Source: Planctomycetota bacterium (GTDB lineage Bacteria > Planctomycetota > UBA8108 > SXIK01). From it: a stretch of DNA of 64,000 nucleotides. The stretch covers positions 3,104,001 through 3,168,000 of the forward strand of contig OZ244999.1 in the NCBI GenBank assembly GCA_965223265.1, written 5' to 3'. Positions 19,692-30,128 of the stretch are shown here, in pieces. A program made the position numbers and the translations under genes. The notes under the pieces are model-generated. The model had not been told where the DNA came from, searched no databases, and was given only the letters and a program-made list of their open reading frames with translations. Numbering within the stretch: position 1 is the stretch's first letter; every line of letters starts with the position of its first letter.

Positions 19692-20846
19692 CTATGGGAT
19701 CTGGCGCAAAAATGTCTCCCCGAGAAAGATGGCGACGAGCGCACAGACGAAACCAGGGATCAGAAACCAGCGGTACTTCTCGTGGTAGCTGCGAAACTGA
19801 ATGGTGCCAACATCCGATTTCTCGATCGCATCAATCTCGGCGTAAATCTCTTCAAGTTCCGCGCCGCTGCGCGCGAGAAATGCACGACCGCCAGATGGCT
19901 CGACCACCTGGCGCGGCACTGCTAAAAGCTCGTCCTCGGTGTACTCCCGCACGACGCGACGACCGAAGAACCCTTCGGCCTCGTCGTAGGGATCGCGAAA
20001 GACCACGTAGTAGATCCGGATGTCACTTTCGGCCGCGAATTTCCCCGCTTCGATTGGGTCGCGCCCGGCGTTGTTTTCTCCGTCGGTCAGAACGATGAGC
20101 ACCTTGCCGGTGATGCGATAGCTGCTTTGGTCCGAGATCTCCGTGTCGAGCGAGGTCTCCTGGGCAAGATCATCCTCAGCCGAGATGAGCGCCAACGCCG
20201 CGCGATACAGGCCATCACCGATGGCGGTCGCGTTGAGCGGGTTCTCGCGCAGGCGCGCACCACGACTGCGGGCTTTCTGGATGTCGCGAACGGGGGCGCT
20301 GTACTCGTCGAGCGCTGGTGCCACTGTACGCAGGTTTTCTACGGCAGTGAGCAGGGGCTCGTGCTCGGAGACGAGGGGACAGTTTTCTTCGGTGTAGCGG
20401 GCGAACGTCGTCAAACCGATGAGGTCTGTAGTGCGACCTTTGAGGCGATCGCTGCCGCCGACGAATTGCGAGAAAACATCCTTAACGATGTCGATGCGCT
20501 TTGGCCTGCGGTTGTCATGCTGCATCGTTTCTTCCATCGAACCGGAGCGATCGAGCACCATTTGAATGGCGATGCCCTGATTGCGGACGACCGTGTAGGC
20601 GTCGCCTTGCCGCGGCCGAGCGATCGCTAAAACAAACGCGACGATCGCAGCGGTTTGGAGCAGCGGCAAGAGAATCCGGAGCCGCTGTCGAAGGGTCGGC
20701 CTCACGCCCTTGAATCGTGCCACACTTGGAAAGACGATCGCCGCCTGTCCGCGGTGACGGCGGTATCGGAGAAAGAGCATGAGCAGTGCGGGCACTGCCA
20801 GCAAGAGGAGCCACGGGTTTTCGAACTCAAACCGATTGAACTGCAT
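19692..20846 (-). CDS. batA: VWA-domain protein, BatA-like
   Basis: FENPWLLLL, ARPR, MIDAS DRSGS, TAIGDGL, TDGENN. Confidence 0.88.
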   Translation of the reverse strand: MQFNRFEFENPWLLLLAVPALLMLFLRYRRHRGQAAIVFPSVARFKGVRPTLRQRLRILLPLLQTAAIVAFVLAIARPRQGDAYTVVRNQGIAIQMVLDRSGSMEETMQHDNRRPKRIDIVKDVFSQFVGGSDRLKGRTTDLIGLTTFARYTEENCPLVSEHEPLLTAVENLRTVAPALDEYSAPVRDIQKARSRGARLRENPLNATAIGDGLYRAALALISAEDDLAQETSLDTEISDQSSYRITGKVLIVLTDGENNAGRDPIEAGKFAAESDIRIYYVVFRDPYDEAEGFFGRRVVREYTEDELLAVPRQVVEPSGGRAFLARSGAELEEIYAEIDAIEKSDVGTIQFRSYHEKYRWFLIPGFVCALVAIFLGETFLRQIP

Positions 20847-21927
20847 CCCGACTGGTCTCACTCAAGAATTGTTTCACGACATCGAATGCTTGTTGTATGG
20901 ACGCCGCGTCAGGTTCGTAGCGGGCAAACTTGACCCGATCGGAGACGCGCAGAAAATCCTCGAGGCGGGCGCGATGTTGCCCTAAAGAAGGATGGAGCGA
21001 AGCCTCACGCATGAACTCTTCCGTCGTCCGCTCAGGCGCCCGCACCGCGAAGCGGTTTTCGATGTACTCCCGCAAGATGCTCGAAAGGTAGACGAAGAAG
21101 CGTTCGATCTCACCTTTCTCTATGAGCCCGAGAGCAACGAGACGGCGGAGCGCATCAAAGGCGATCTCTTGCGGAGGTGTCGGCGGAAGCGCCTTCGGCC
21201 CGCCGCGACCACGCAACTTGAGCCAAATCGCTGCGCCCGCCGTCGCAGCGAGCAGCCCGGCCAGGATCCAGGCGGCTGTGTTGTCTGCGCTCTCTTCGGC
21301 GGGTGCCGTGAAGATCGACAGCGCGTCCTTGAGCGTCAAGTCGCCGACGTCAGGTGGGGCCGAGACCACGAATTTCACTTCGTCCGTCATGAACGACGAC
21401 TCGGCGTCCTCACCCGAGCGGCGGAAGTAGACGGCGAGCGGCGCGAGGTAGAGCTCTCCGCTCCAGTCAGGTTCGAGGATGAGAGTCTTTCTACGTTCGA
21501 GCGGCACGGCGTCGGACGCGGTCGAGACAGACGCTACGCTTTTCGCATCCGCCGGCGTGGGCGGTTTTTCATGTTCGATGTGGACAACGGCGAAGCCCTC
21601 GAAGTCCTCCCGCAGATACTCCGGAAAGTCGGCTTCGAATCCGGGTTCGAGCCGTAGTTCCTGCTGACAGACGATCTGGTCCGCAAGTCCGGCTTGGAGT
21701 CGATCGAAGCGCAGAATCAGAGAGACTGGGCCACCCGAAAACTCCTTCTCATAAGCCCAGCTCTGCTGAGCAGTCTTCTCAGGCACGTCGTCGCGGCTAG
21801 CGCCGCAGGCAGACGATAGCAGTGCGATGAGCAAGAGCCAACGTTGTGCCGCGGTACTGCTAGCGTCGAGGCGGACGGCGCTTCTTAGTGGGTTCTCAGA
21901 CGAAGTGAGGATCGATCGACGGCTCAT
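20827..21927 (-). CDS. Bat-operon membrane protein (DUF4381-like)
   Basis: Single TM followed by LREYIENRF..APERTTEEF and DRVKFARY. Confidence 0.8.
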   Translation of the reverse strand: MSRRSILTSSENPLRSAVRLDASSTAAQRWLLLIALLSSACGASRDDVPEKTAQQSWAYEKEFSGGPVSLILRFDRLQAGLADQIVCQQELRLEPGFEADFPEYLREDFEGFAVVHIEHEKPPTPADAKSVASVSTASDAVPLERRKTLILEPDWSGELYLAPLAVYFRRSGEDAESSFMTDEVKFVVSAPPDVGDLTLKDALSIFTAPAEESADNTAAWILAGLLAATAGAAIWLKLRGRGGPKALPPTPPQEIAFDALRRLVALGLIEKGEIERFFVYLSSILREYIENRFAVRAPERTTEEFMREASLHPSLGQHRARLEDFLRVSDRVKFARYEPDAASIQQAFDVVKQFLSETSRDAVQSV

Positions 21928-21946
21928 ACCTCTCCTGCGCGTCAGC

Positions 21947-23353
21947 CTATTTCGTTCCTGAGGCGTCCGTCGGTGCTGCAGGCGCCTGGGCGGCTGGGCT
22001 TTCTGCCGTGCCTGCGGCCTCGGCTGAAAGCGCCTCTTCGTTGACCTGCACGAGGAACTTTTGCCGCAAATGAGCCTCTAAAGTACCGAGGACTTCCGTC
22101 TGCTTAGCGGCGGCGAGATCGTGTAGCACGCGTTCTTTGGCCGCTTCGAAGTCGAGCTGCGCCGCGGCGGTTTTGCTTGTCACTTTGAAGATGACGAAGT
22201 TGCCGCCGTGCTCGAGTGGGCGGTCACTGACGCTCCCTTCGTTCAGCGCCAGCAGGTGTGCTGAGATCTCCGGTGCGACGCCGAAACCAGGGACCGCTCC
22301 GCCGTCACGAAGCGGCGCCGGCGCGGGTTGCCACGGGAGGGTCTCAGGGGCGGCGCTGAGAGCTGCGGTGGCGGCGGCCTCATCCGCAAACGTGGTCGAC
22401 TCGAACGTCACGCTCGCGGGCTCGACGTACGTCTCCATGTTCGCCTGGTACTGATTCTGCATGTCCGTCTCGCCGATGCTGGCCATCGCGGTGACGACTT
22501 CACGTTCAATGACCTCGCTGGCGATCGTCTCTTTGCGAAAGCGAATGACGGCCTCGCCGACCACACGATCCTGCTCGAGGCCCCGTGCGAGCCCCTCACG
22601 GTAGAGGATCTGCCTAAGAATCACCTGCTGTAGCGCTTGCCGCGCCAGGTCCGGATTCGCCAACTGCTGCTCCGCCAGATCTTCTGCTTGCTGTCGCAGC
22701 TGCGCCGGTGGTATTGGGGTACGCCGCAGCTTCAGTTGAGCTTCGATGCCGTCGGCCAACGCGGCAACGACGTCGGTGCGCGTGATCGGATCACCGCCGA
22801 CGGTTGCAACAGCCTGTGTGACCTTTGCTTGGTCGTCGTCCATGGCGTACGCGCGGGCCGTCCGCTCGCGTGCGTCCTCTTTGCCGAGAGCAGAGAGACA
22901 CTCGAGAAGGCTCTGTCGGGCGCGACGCTTGAGATCTCGATCGAGAGGGAGCGACTGAACCTCGCTGAAGCGACGTGCCGCTTCGTCGTAGTCGCCGCCG
23001 GCCTGAAGACACTTTCCGCGTCGATAGAGGACTCTGGCACGCTCTTCCTCGTTCAGATCGGTGGCCTCGTCAAGGTACTCGCCCCAAACGCGATCGGCGG
23101 CGAGATAGAGGGTCTGCCCATAGAGATCCTCAGCAAGTTTTTCCAGGCGCGCAGCGGACTCGACCTGCGGTTTCGCGTCAGTCTCGGAAGACGAAGGCTC
23201 TGACGGGCGCAGAAGCAGAACGATCACCCCGACAAGGAGAATGACCGTCAACCAGGACAGTGCGCCGGCAAGACGCTGCGGTCGTTTGGGTGCTTCGGGC
23301 AAGGAAAAGTCGAGCGAACTCGAAGTGCCTGAAGCGTTCGGCGGGCTTGGCAT
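21947..23353 (-). CDS. Membrane-anchored TPR plus SurA/PpiC-like (rotamase-fold) chaperone
   Basis: N-terminal TM, TPR (LYRRGKCLQAGGDYDEA), VATVGGDPIT, LYREGLARGL, YVEPASV, LDFEAAKERV. Confidence 0.75.
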   Translation of the reverse strand: MPSPPNASGTSSSLDFSLPEAPKRPQRLAGALSWLTVILLVGVIVLLLRPSEPSSSETDAKPQVESAARLEKLAEDLYGQTLYLAADRVWGEYLDEATDLNEEERARVLYRRGKCLQAGGDYDEAARRFSEVQSLPLDRDLKRRARQSLLECLSALGKEDARERTARAYAMDDDQAKVTQAVATVGGDPITRTDVVAALADGIEAQLKLRRTPIPPAQLRQQAEDLAEQQLANPDLARQALQQVILRQILYREGLARGLEQDRVVGEAVIRFRKETIASEVIEREVVTAMASIGETDMQNQYQANMETYVEPASVTFESTTFADEAAATAALSAAPETLPWQPAPAPLRDGGAVPGFGVAPEISAHLLALNEGSVSDRPLEHGGNFVIFKVTSKTAAAQLDFEAAKERVLHDLAAAKQTEVLGTLEAHLRQKFLVQVNEEALSAEAAGTAESPAAQAPAAPTDASGTK

Positions 23354-23359
23354 GGCAGG

Positions 23360-24241
23360 TCACCTGAACATCTTCTTTTCGCGCATTTTGAAGAAGTGAG
23401 ACAACTCCTTGATGTAGGACTTCCCGGTCGTGATCTCCAGCTCGTCGATCTTGAGGGAGCGGAGAAGCTCATCTTGAGCACCCCGCTCCTTCTCGCTGCG
23501 ATTCTGAAACGTGTCGCGCACGCGCGCGCTTCGTGAATCGACAACCACGACTTCCCCCGTCTCCGCATCTTCCAGAGTGATGAGGCCGACGTTCGGCAAC
23601 TCGGACTCGCGACGGTCGGTCGTGCGCACGGCGATGACGTCGTGCTTGCTGCGCACCGCAGCGAGCGCTCTTTCGAAGTCCGTCGCGATGAAATCGGAGA
23701 TCAGAAAGATCGTCGCTCGTCGTCGCAACACGCGCGCCAGAAAGCCGAGCGCCTCCTCGACGTTTGTGCCGCGAGACTTCGGTCGAAACGTCAGGAGCTC
23801 ACGGATGACGCGGAGCACGTGTTTCTTTCCCTTTTTGGGGGGCACGTACTTCTCTACCTGATCGGTGAAAAACACCGTTCCGACCTTGTCGCCGTTACGA
23901 ATCGCGGAGAACGAGATGACGGCGCTGAATTCGGCCGCCAGCTCAACTTTCTGCTGGGCTCCACTCCCAAAGCGCTCGGAGGGACTCACGTCCACCATGG
24001 TCATCACCGTGAGCTCGCGTTCTTCGCGGTAGGACTTGACGAATGGTGTCCCGGCGCGAGCCGTCACGTTCCAGTCGATCGTTCGCACCTCGTCGCCGGG
24101 TTGGTACTCGCGGACCTCTTCGAACTCCATGCCGCGGCCGCGAAAGGCGGAGTTGTACTCGCCGCCGAGAGCGCTATCCACCAGGCGATTCGTTCGGATC
24201 TCGATCTGCCGGACCTTGCGCAAGATCTCCTTCGGGATCAT
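23360..24241 (-). CDS. DUF58-domain protein
   Basis: GRGMEFEEVREYQPGDEVRTIDWNVTAR, FLISDF. Confidence 0.95.
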   Translation of the reverse strand: MIPKEILRKVRQIEIRTNRLVDSALGGEYNSAFRGRGMEFEEVREYQPGDEVRTIDWNVTARAGTPFVKSYREERELTVMTMVDVSPSERFGSGAQQKVELAAEFSAVISFSAIRNGDKVGTVFFTDQVEKYVPPKKGKKHVLRVIRELLTFRPKSRGTNVEEALGFLARVLRRRATIFLISDFIATDFERALAAVRSKHDVIAVRTTDRRESELPNVGLITLEDAETGEVVVVDSRSARVRDTFQNRSEKERGAQDELLRSLKIDELEITTGKSYIKELSHFFKMREKKMFR

Positions 24242-25230
24242 GGCACCCGGACCCCGTCCAGCACCTTCTGCACGACGTCTTCTGGAGTCATCTCTTCGGC
24301 CTCGGCCTCGTAAGTGAGAAGAACGCGGTGGCGGAGGACGTCCAGCGCGATGTCCTTGACGTCCTGAGGTGTGACGTAGGGCCGGCCTTCCATGAAAGCG
24401 TTGCCTCGTGCCGCAACCGCCAATGACAACGTCGCGCGCGGCGACGAGCCGTATTCGATCAGATTCGCCAGATCCTGCAGCCCGAACTCCGCGGGATTTC
24501 GCGTCGCCGAGACGATGTCGACGATGTAGTCCTTGATCTTGTCGTCCATGTAGATCTCGCCAACCGTCGCGCGGACACGCACGAGGTCGTCGGGAGTGAC
24601 GACGGCTTCGACCTCAGGTGCCTTGCCGCCACCTCCCATCAGATCAAGGATCTTGCGTTCGTCTTCTTTCGCGGGGTAGTCGACCTTGACTTTGAAGAGG
24701 AAGCGATCGACCTGCGCTTCCGGAAGGGGGTAGGTGCCCTCTTGCTCGATCGGGTTTTGCGTCGCCAAAACCAAAAACAGGTCGGGAAGCGGAAACGTCT
24801 CGTCACCGATGGTCACCTGGCGCTCCTGCATGGCCTCCAGGAGGGCGCTCTGCACTTTAGCCGGGGAGCGGTTGATCTCGTCTGCCAGAACGAGGTTGGT
24901 AAAGATCGGACCCTTGCGCGTGTTGAATTCGCCGGAGTTTGGGTTGTAGATGAGCGTCCCCAAGAGGTCCGCGGGGAGCAGATCCGGAGTGAACTGGACG
25001 CGTTTGAAATCTGCGTCGATCGTCTGCGCGAGCGTGCTCACCGATAGGGTCTTGGCAAGCCCCGGGACGCCTTCGAGGAGGACGTGCCCGTTTGACAGCA
25101 TGCCGTTGACTAACGAGCGAACCAGGTGCTGTTGACCGACGACGCGTCGGCCGATTTGGGCGAAGAGGTTCTCGACGAAGGCACTCTCTTCTTCAACCCG
25201 CGCACCGATCTGCTTGACGTCTACTGACAT
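24238..25230 (-). CDS. moxR: MoxR-family AAA+ ATPase
   Basis: LEGVPGLAKT, FTPDLLPAD, DEINR, ATQNPIEQEGTYPLPEAQVDRF; RBS AGGAG before MSVDVK. Confidence 0.95.
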   Translation of the reverse strand: MSVDVKQIGARVEEESAFVENLFAQIGRRVVGQQHLVRSLVNGMLSNGHVLLEGVPGLAKTLSVSTLAQTIDADFKRVQFTPDLLPADLLGTLIYNPNSGEFNTRKGPIFTNLVLADEINRSPAKVQSALLEAMQERQVTIGDETFPLPDLFLVLATQNPIEQEGTYPLPEAQVDRFLFKVKVDYPAKEDERKILDLMGGGGKAPEVEAVVTPDDLVRVRATVGEIYMDDKIKDYIVDIVSATRNPAEFGLQDLANLIEYGSSPRATLSLAVAARGNAFMEGRPYVTPQDVKDIALDVLRHRVLLTYEAEAEEMTPEDVVQKVLDGVRVP

Positions 25231-25620
25231 GGGGTCTCCTTCTCTGGCGGAAGTCTTCACAGGCCTGCCCCGCAAGATCGCGCGAACCAGCGACGGATGC
25301 GATGACCTGCAAAAAACCGTTTCAGATGAGATGCCGGCGGCGATGCAGATTCGCGAGATTTTGCCGCCATGCACCCAGCGGCCCCCCGGAACTGTCGAAC
25401 CGTCCCAGACGGCTCGGCGGCGTGCAAGCCGGTGCTCACGGCGTCAGTTGACCGGCGCGACGCCCTAACCTCCCACAATGACCCTCTAAGCTTTTTGTCA
25501 ACAGGGGCTTGCGACGTCCGCCCTGGCTGCCGCATAGAGAGCGCCGCGACGTCCGAACCGTGGGTGCCGCCGCCTGCGTGTGGAAGCGGTCGCTGCAGCC
25601 CAGCCGCCAGCCGTGACGGC

Positions 25621-26064
25621 TCAGTAATCGAGCGTCAGGTCGTAAATGCGTTCCGCCGAGTCGAGCGTGAGGAGGTGCTCGCGGTTGTCTTTGAGGAATG
25701 CGGTGACGCGCGACAGCACTTTGAGGTATTCCTCCTGCCGCGAGTCCGGTCCCAGAATCATGACGAGCACGTGCACCGACTTTTCGTCGAGCGAATCGAA
25801 ATCGACGCCACTTTTATGGATGCCGAGCGCGACAACGAACTCGCCGATGCTCGAGAGCTTGGCGTGCGGAATCGCCAGTCCGAGGCCGAAGCCAGTCGAA
25901 AGAAGCCGCTCGCGCTCGAGGATGGCTTGAAAGACATTTTCCGTCTCGCCGATTTCTGCCGTCACGGCGATGTTTTCGACCATTGCGCGCAGGCAAGCCT
26001 GCTTGTCACTGTCCTCGAGCCAAAGAATGCGCTGGGGTGAGAGAAGTCGGGAGAGGGATCTCAT
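25621..26064 (-). CDS. PTS IIA (fructose/mannitol/Ntr-type) component
   Basis: ERERLLSTGFGLGLAIPHAK with the phospho-His, GVDFDSLD. Confidence 0.9.
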   Translation of the reverse strand: MRSLSRLLSPQRILWLEDSDKQACLRAMVENIAVTAEIGETENVFQAILERERLLSTGFGLGLAIPHAKLSSIGEFVVALGIHKSGVDFDSLDEKSVHVLVMILGPDSRQEEYLKVLSRVTAFLKDNREHLLTLDSAERIYDLTLDY

Positions 26065-26334
26065 GCGTGCCCGTGGAGTGAAGGGGTGCTCGGTAGGTAC
26101 CGAAAAGGTTGTGAAGTAACGACGTCAGGCGCCGACCCGACGCCTTCCGTGTGAACACTGGCCGCCGGACGCGCGTTATTCGTCGGCGCCGCCGCCGGAC
26201 ACGCGACGAACGACCCCGCGCTGGTGCCGGTTTGCACAACGGAAAGCGCGTGCGCCATGCTTCCCAGGCCGAGCGAGACGAACGCTGGTGCCGTCTTCAA
26301 TGCGCGGGTATCAAGGGAGACTCTGAATCGACGA

Positions 26335-27366
26335 TTACGCGCCAACAAAGCGTGCGTACAGACTACGTGCCGCGTCGTGATCCGTCAACCCGTCGAACAC
26401 TGCGCGGCCGTCCGCGAAGAGCGTGAGCTCGAAGCCTTCGCCCTGCACACGGAGGAAGCGGGGGAATCGTGCGATGCTTCCCAGCGATTGCAGACGATCG
26501 GCCGCGGCGCCCAGGTCGAATCTCGTCGCGCCGGCCGCCGGCAGAACCTGCACCGAGTTGCGCCCGCAGAAGTTCGTCACCCGCTCCGACAGCTCGCCTG
26601 CTAAGCTGTCGAACGAGCCGTGGAAGCAAACCTGGCAGTCTGGGTCGGCGCGGACACCGACGACCCGCGCTGTCAGATTCCATGGAGAAAACATTGCTTT
26701 TCGTCCAGCCAGTGGTTCAGAGCGGCGCTCGACAAGGTAGCGCAGCGCCATCGCAGACTGCCACGCCGCCGCGAGAGTCGCCGCCGGACCGATGACGCCG
26801 TTGGTGTCGCACGTGGCGATCGTACCAGGCGGAGGCAGCTCAGGCAGTTGGCAGCGCAGACAGGGGCCGTCGGTTCCGGAGAAGAACTGTGCGTGCGCCG
26901 TGTCACCCACGGCCCCACAGTAGATCCAGGGAACACCGAGCTTGTAGCTGACATCGTTGATGAGAAATCGCGTCGGCAGATTGTCGGTGCCGTCGAGCAC
27001 CAGATCAACGCCGCGCGCGAGCTCCAGGGCATTGGTGTAGTTGAAATCGCTGGTGAGGGGTTCGGTGTCCACGGTTGCATTAATCTCACCCAGCCGCGAG
27101 GCGAGAGCCTCCGCTTTCGCGCGCCGATGGCGTGCGTCCGACTCGTCGAAACCGGACTGACGCTGCAAGTTCGACCACTCGACGAAGTCGCGGTCGACCA
27201 GCAGCAGGCGGCCCACGCCTGCACGACCCAGGAGCAGAGCTGTGGTGGTTCCGAGCGCCCCACAGCCGACGAGGAGAACCGACGAGCCGGTGAGCCGCTC
27301 CTGATCCTTTGCACCACCGGGCAGAAAAAGCTGTTGCCTGACGTATCGATCTTCGGGGGCGTCCAT
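26335..27366 (-). CDS. ThiF/MoeB-family adenylyltransferase
   Basis: RYVRQ, VGCGALG, SNLQRQ, DGTDN, CLRC...TCD...CQVC, CGRNSVQ tail. Confidence 0.92.
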   Translation of the reverse strand: MDAPEDRYVRQQLFLPGGAKDQERLTGSSVLLVGCGALGTTTALLLGRAGVGRLLLVDRDFVEWSNLQRQSGFDESDARHRRAKAEALASRLGEINATVDTEPLTSDFNYTNALELARGVDLVLDGTDNLPTRFLINDVSYKLGVPWIYCGAVGDTAHAQFFSGTDGPCLRCQLPELPPPGTIATCDTNGVIGPAATLAAAWQSAMALRYLVERRSEPLAGRKAMFSPWNLTARVVGVRADPDCQVCFHGSFDSLAGELSERVTNFCGRNSVQVLPAAGATRFDLGAAADRLQSLGSIARFPRFLRVQGEGFELTLFADGRAVFDGLTDHDAARSLYARFVGA

Positions 27367-27545
27367 CGTCGTTTCCGGAGCTGTGCCTGTCTCGCGTTTT
27401 TGATCGGGGTGGAGTATTTTAGCTCCTGCGTAGCGTCGGCTCCACTGAACCGTCAGCAGCGGGGCTAGAAAGTCGACCGACTGCAGGCCGGTCGGTGCCG
27501 CACATCACCGAAGCTCTTTTTCGGACGCCATTGAAGGAGCATGTT

Positions 27546-28292
27546 TTGCTGCAAGACCGCGTTGCGATTGTCACTGGAGCAGCCCGCGGCATTGGTCGCG
27601 CCTGCGTGGAGGAGTTTTTGCGTCAAGGCGCGCGAGGTGTCGTACTCGCCGATCTCGACGAGGAAGAAGCGCAGCGCGTCGCGGCCGACGTCTCCCCAGC
27701 TGGAGACAGGGCCGTGGCGTTCGGCATGGACGTGACCGTGCGAGCTGACCACGATCACACCGTCGAGGCTGCGCTCGAGCGCTTCGGCCGCCTCGACGCC
27801 CTGGTGAACAATGCTGGAATCGCGGGGGCCCAAGGCGGGCTTGAGGAGCACGACGAGGCGGCTCTGGATCGCATCATCGCGATCAACCTTAAGGGCGTCT
27901 ACTTCGGCTGTGCGAGCGTCCACGGGCACTTTACCTCGACTGGCTACGGCCGCATCGTCAACATCGCCTCCATTGCTGGAAAGGAAGGCAATCCCGGGCT
28001 CGTGCCGTATTCGATGACGAAGGCCGCAGTGATCGGACTCACGAAGGCGTACGCAAAAGAGGTCGCGACCAAGAACGTCCTTGTTAACAGTGTATCGCCA
28101 GCAGTGATCGACACGGAGATTCTCAAGCAGGTGACGGACGAGGTGCGCGCCTACATGATCTCAAAGATTCCCATGGGCCGCGTCGGACAGCCGGAGGAAG
28201 TCGCGGCTTTAGCCGCTTTTCTCGCTTCCGATCGGCTCACATTCACGACGGGATTCTGCTTCGACATTTCCGGCGGGCGCGCTACCTACTAA
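27546..28292 (+). CDS. SDR-family oxidoreductase
   Basis: TGAARGIG, NNAGI, YSMTK, DISGGRATY; TTG start after a GAAGGAG RBS (ORF track starts at 27495). Confidence 0.92.
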   Translation: MLQDRVAIVTGAARGIGRACVEEFLRQGARGVVLADLDEEEAQRVAADVSPAGDRAVAFGMDVTVRADHDHTVEAALERFGRLDALVNNAGIAGAQGGLEEHDEAALDRIIAINLKGVYFGCASVHGHFTSTGYGRIVNIASIAGKEGNPGLVPYSMTKAAVIGLTKAYAKEVATKNVLVNSVSPAVIDTEILKQVTDEVRAYMISKIPMGRVGQPEEVAALAAFLASDRLTFTTGFCFDISGGRATY

Positions 28293-28389
28293 AGGCGACG
28301 GTGAAGTCTCCCCAGACAAGCACGTCGCGCTCGAGCGCCGCCCAGCGGACGCGTTGCCGCGTGGATTTGACGCCGGTGTAAGCTACGCG

Positions 28390-29703
28390 TCAGAACGGGC
28401 GGCCACTATAGAGCGTTTCCTCGCTGCCAGCGATTGGGTCAACGATCTGCACTCCGTCGGCGGAGAAGCGCGCGGTGACGGGTGTGCCGCGATCGCCCTG
28501 CAAGTGGAGCAGGTTGCGCTGCGCGACTTCTTCTGCAGCCTCAACGATCGCGACGGACGCTCGGGATGACTCGATGTCAGGGTAGGTTCCCGCCAAACTC
28601 TCGCGGCTCTCGTAGCCAAGAAGGATTTCTGCAGCGCGCTCGACGATCACGACGATCGAATCCTTGCCGTAGCCGTTGTACGCGGCGCCGCTTGTCTCCT
28701 CTGACGCTGGTAGTCGTGGGATGTCGCGCGTGAAGTGCGGATTGAACGTTCTCGACCCCACGCCTGTGATCGTGGCGCGAAGCCCTCGATATTGCTGGTC
28801 AAATTCAACTTTTCCCCGTGTGCCGACGAGCTCCATCTCTTGATTGACAGCGCCTTCGAACTCTTTCGGATTGATCCAGTTATTGACGTAGTCCACTCGG
28901 AGTCCGCTGCGGTAATCGATGGCGACTTGCATGGCGTCAAAAGTATCGATGGGTGCCGATCCGCCTTCTCGGTCCCAATGAGCCAGTAGACGCTTCTGGC
29001 CGACGGCGTGGAGCGATGCAGGTTCTAGCTGCAGATAGTGTTGAAAGAGGTCGAGCCAGTGGACTCCGACGTAGCTGAACGGGTTCGACGTCGCGGCCCA
29101 CTTGAAAATCTCTGTTGAAACTTCGAGGGGCTCTTCCAGAACTGCGCGACCATAGAGCGGAGTACCAAGCCCCTCGAGCAGCTCTTCGAAGATGAAGCGA
29201 TGGCACGGATCGTAGCGTTTGTGCATGTCAACGCCGACGATCAGGTTATTCGCGGCGGCGACGCGCAGCAGCTCGTCAGCTTCGTCCAGGTGGAGTGTCA
29301 GCGGCTTCTCGACCATGACGTGGGCGCCGGCCTCAAGGGCACGCAGGGTCGGCTCGAAATGGAGCGAGTCAGGAGTCGCTACAAACGCTATGTCGATCTC
29401 TTCGCGCTGATAGATTGTCTCCCACGGCTTCTCGCCGTGATAGGGCGTGGGGGACGATCCGGGGATTTTTTCTCGATAGAGTTGGCAGAGGTTCGCCGCG
29501 GTTTGCGGCGTCCGAGTTCCCACCGCCACGAGGCGAAACTCCACATCGGCAACCGACTTGGCACGGCGGTCGAGTCCGACGCGGCCTAGGTAGGGAGACA
29601 GGCCACAGCGTTCAAGGTCCTCGATGGAACGCAGGACGACGTCGCCGCCGAACATTCCTCCTCCTATCAGCGCCATGCGAACAATGCGGGGGCTTGGCGA
29701 CAT
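28390..29703 (-). CDS. Gfo/Idh/MocA-family oxidoreductase
   Basis: ALIGGG, VATPDSLH, HVMVEKP, HKRYDP, YVGVHW. Confidence 0.88.
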   Translation of the reverse strand: MSPSPRIVRMALIGGGMFGGDVVLRSIEDLERCGLSPYLGRVGLDRRAKSVADVEFRLVAVGTRTPQTAANLCQLYREKIPGSSPTPYHGEKPWETIYQREEIDIAFVATPDSLHFEPTLRALEAGAHVMVEKPLTLHLDEADELLRVAAANNLIVGVDMHKRYDPCHRFIFEELLEGLGTPLYGRAVLEEPLEVSTEIFKWAATSNPFSYVGVHWLDLFQHYLQLEPASLHAVGQKRLLAHWDREGGSAPIDTFDAMQVAIDYRSGLRVDYVNNWINPKEFEGAVNQEMELVGTRGKVEFDQQYRGLRATITGVGSRTFNPHFTRDIPRLPASEETSGAAYNGYGKDSIVVIVERAAEILLGYESRESLAGTYPDIESSRASVAIVEAAEEVAQRNLLHLQGDRGTPVTARFSADGVQIVDPIAGSEETLYSGRPF

Positions 29704-30128
29704 CGTCTCACTCCAGGTCTGCGGGAAGCCTTCGTGCGAATGGCTCGTGCGGATGCACGCTGCGTGTCACTAGGAATTCAAGGCGACTCGAAGAGCCGGC
29801 GGCCACGCGCGCCCGCAGCGACTCAAACAGAATCGAATAGATAGATCACTTCAAGCGTCGCACAGTCTACCCAAGAAGGCGCGCTTCGGCACGAACCGAG
29901 TCATGGTAGGGGCGGCATCCGCGCGCGCGGCGTTGAGCGCCGGAAGGGGCTTGACGCGGATCGCTCGCGCTCAAATAATCCTTGGAAGTCGAATCGCTCG
30001 TGCAAGGATTGACGATGAGGCCCGGGTGGCACGATCCTGATCCTTGACTTGATTCTGTAGCCACGCTCACATGTTCTCAGTACTGCATCGTTCCGCATGC
30101 CGACCCGGATAGCCCAGAAGGAGATTCT

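Noticed and set aside
26061-26348. Small ORF between the ThiF/MoeB and PTS IIA genes
   Set aside because: No recognisable motif and the start lies inside the upstream gene; probably promoter/leader DNA, although the stop does overlap the PTS ATG.
30027-30041. Sigma54 promoter before the cytochrome c' gene
   Set aside because: TGGCACG is present, but the -12 box reads TGAT instead of TTGC.
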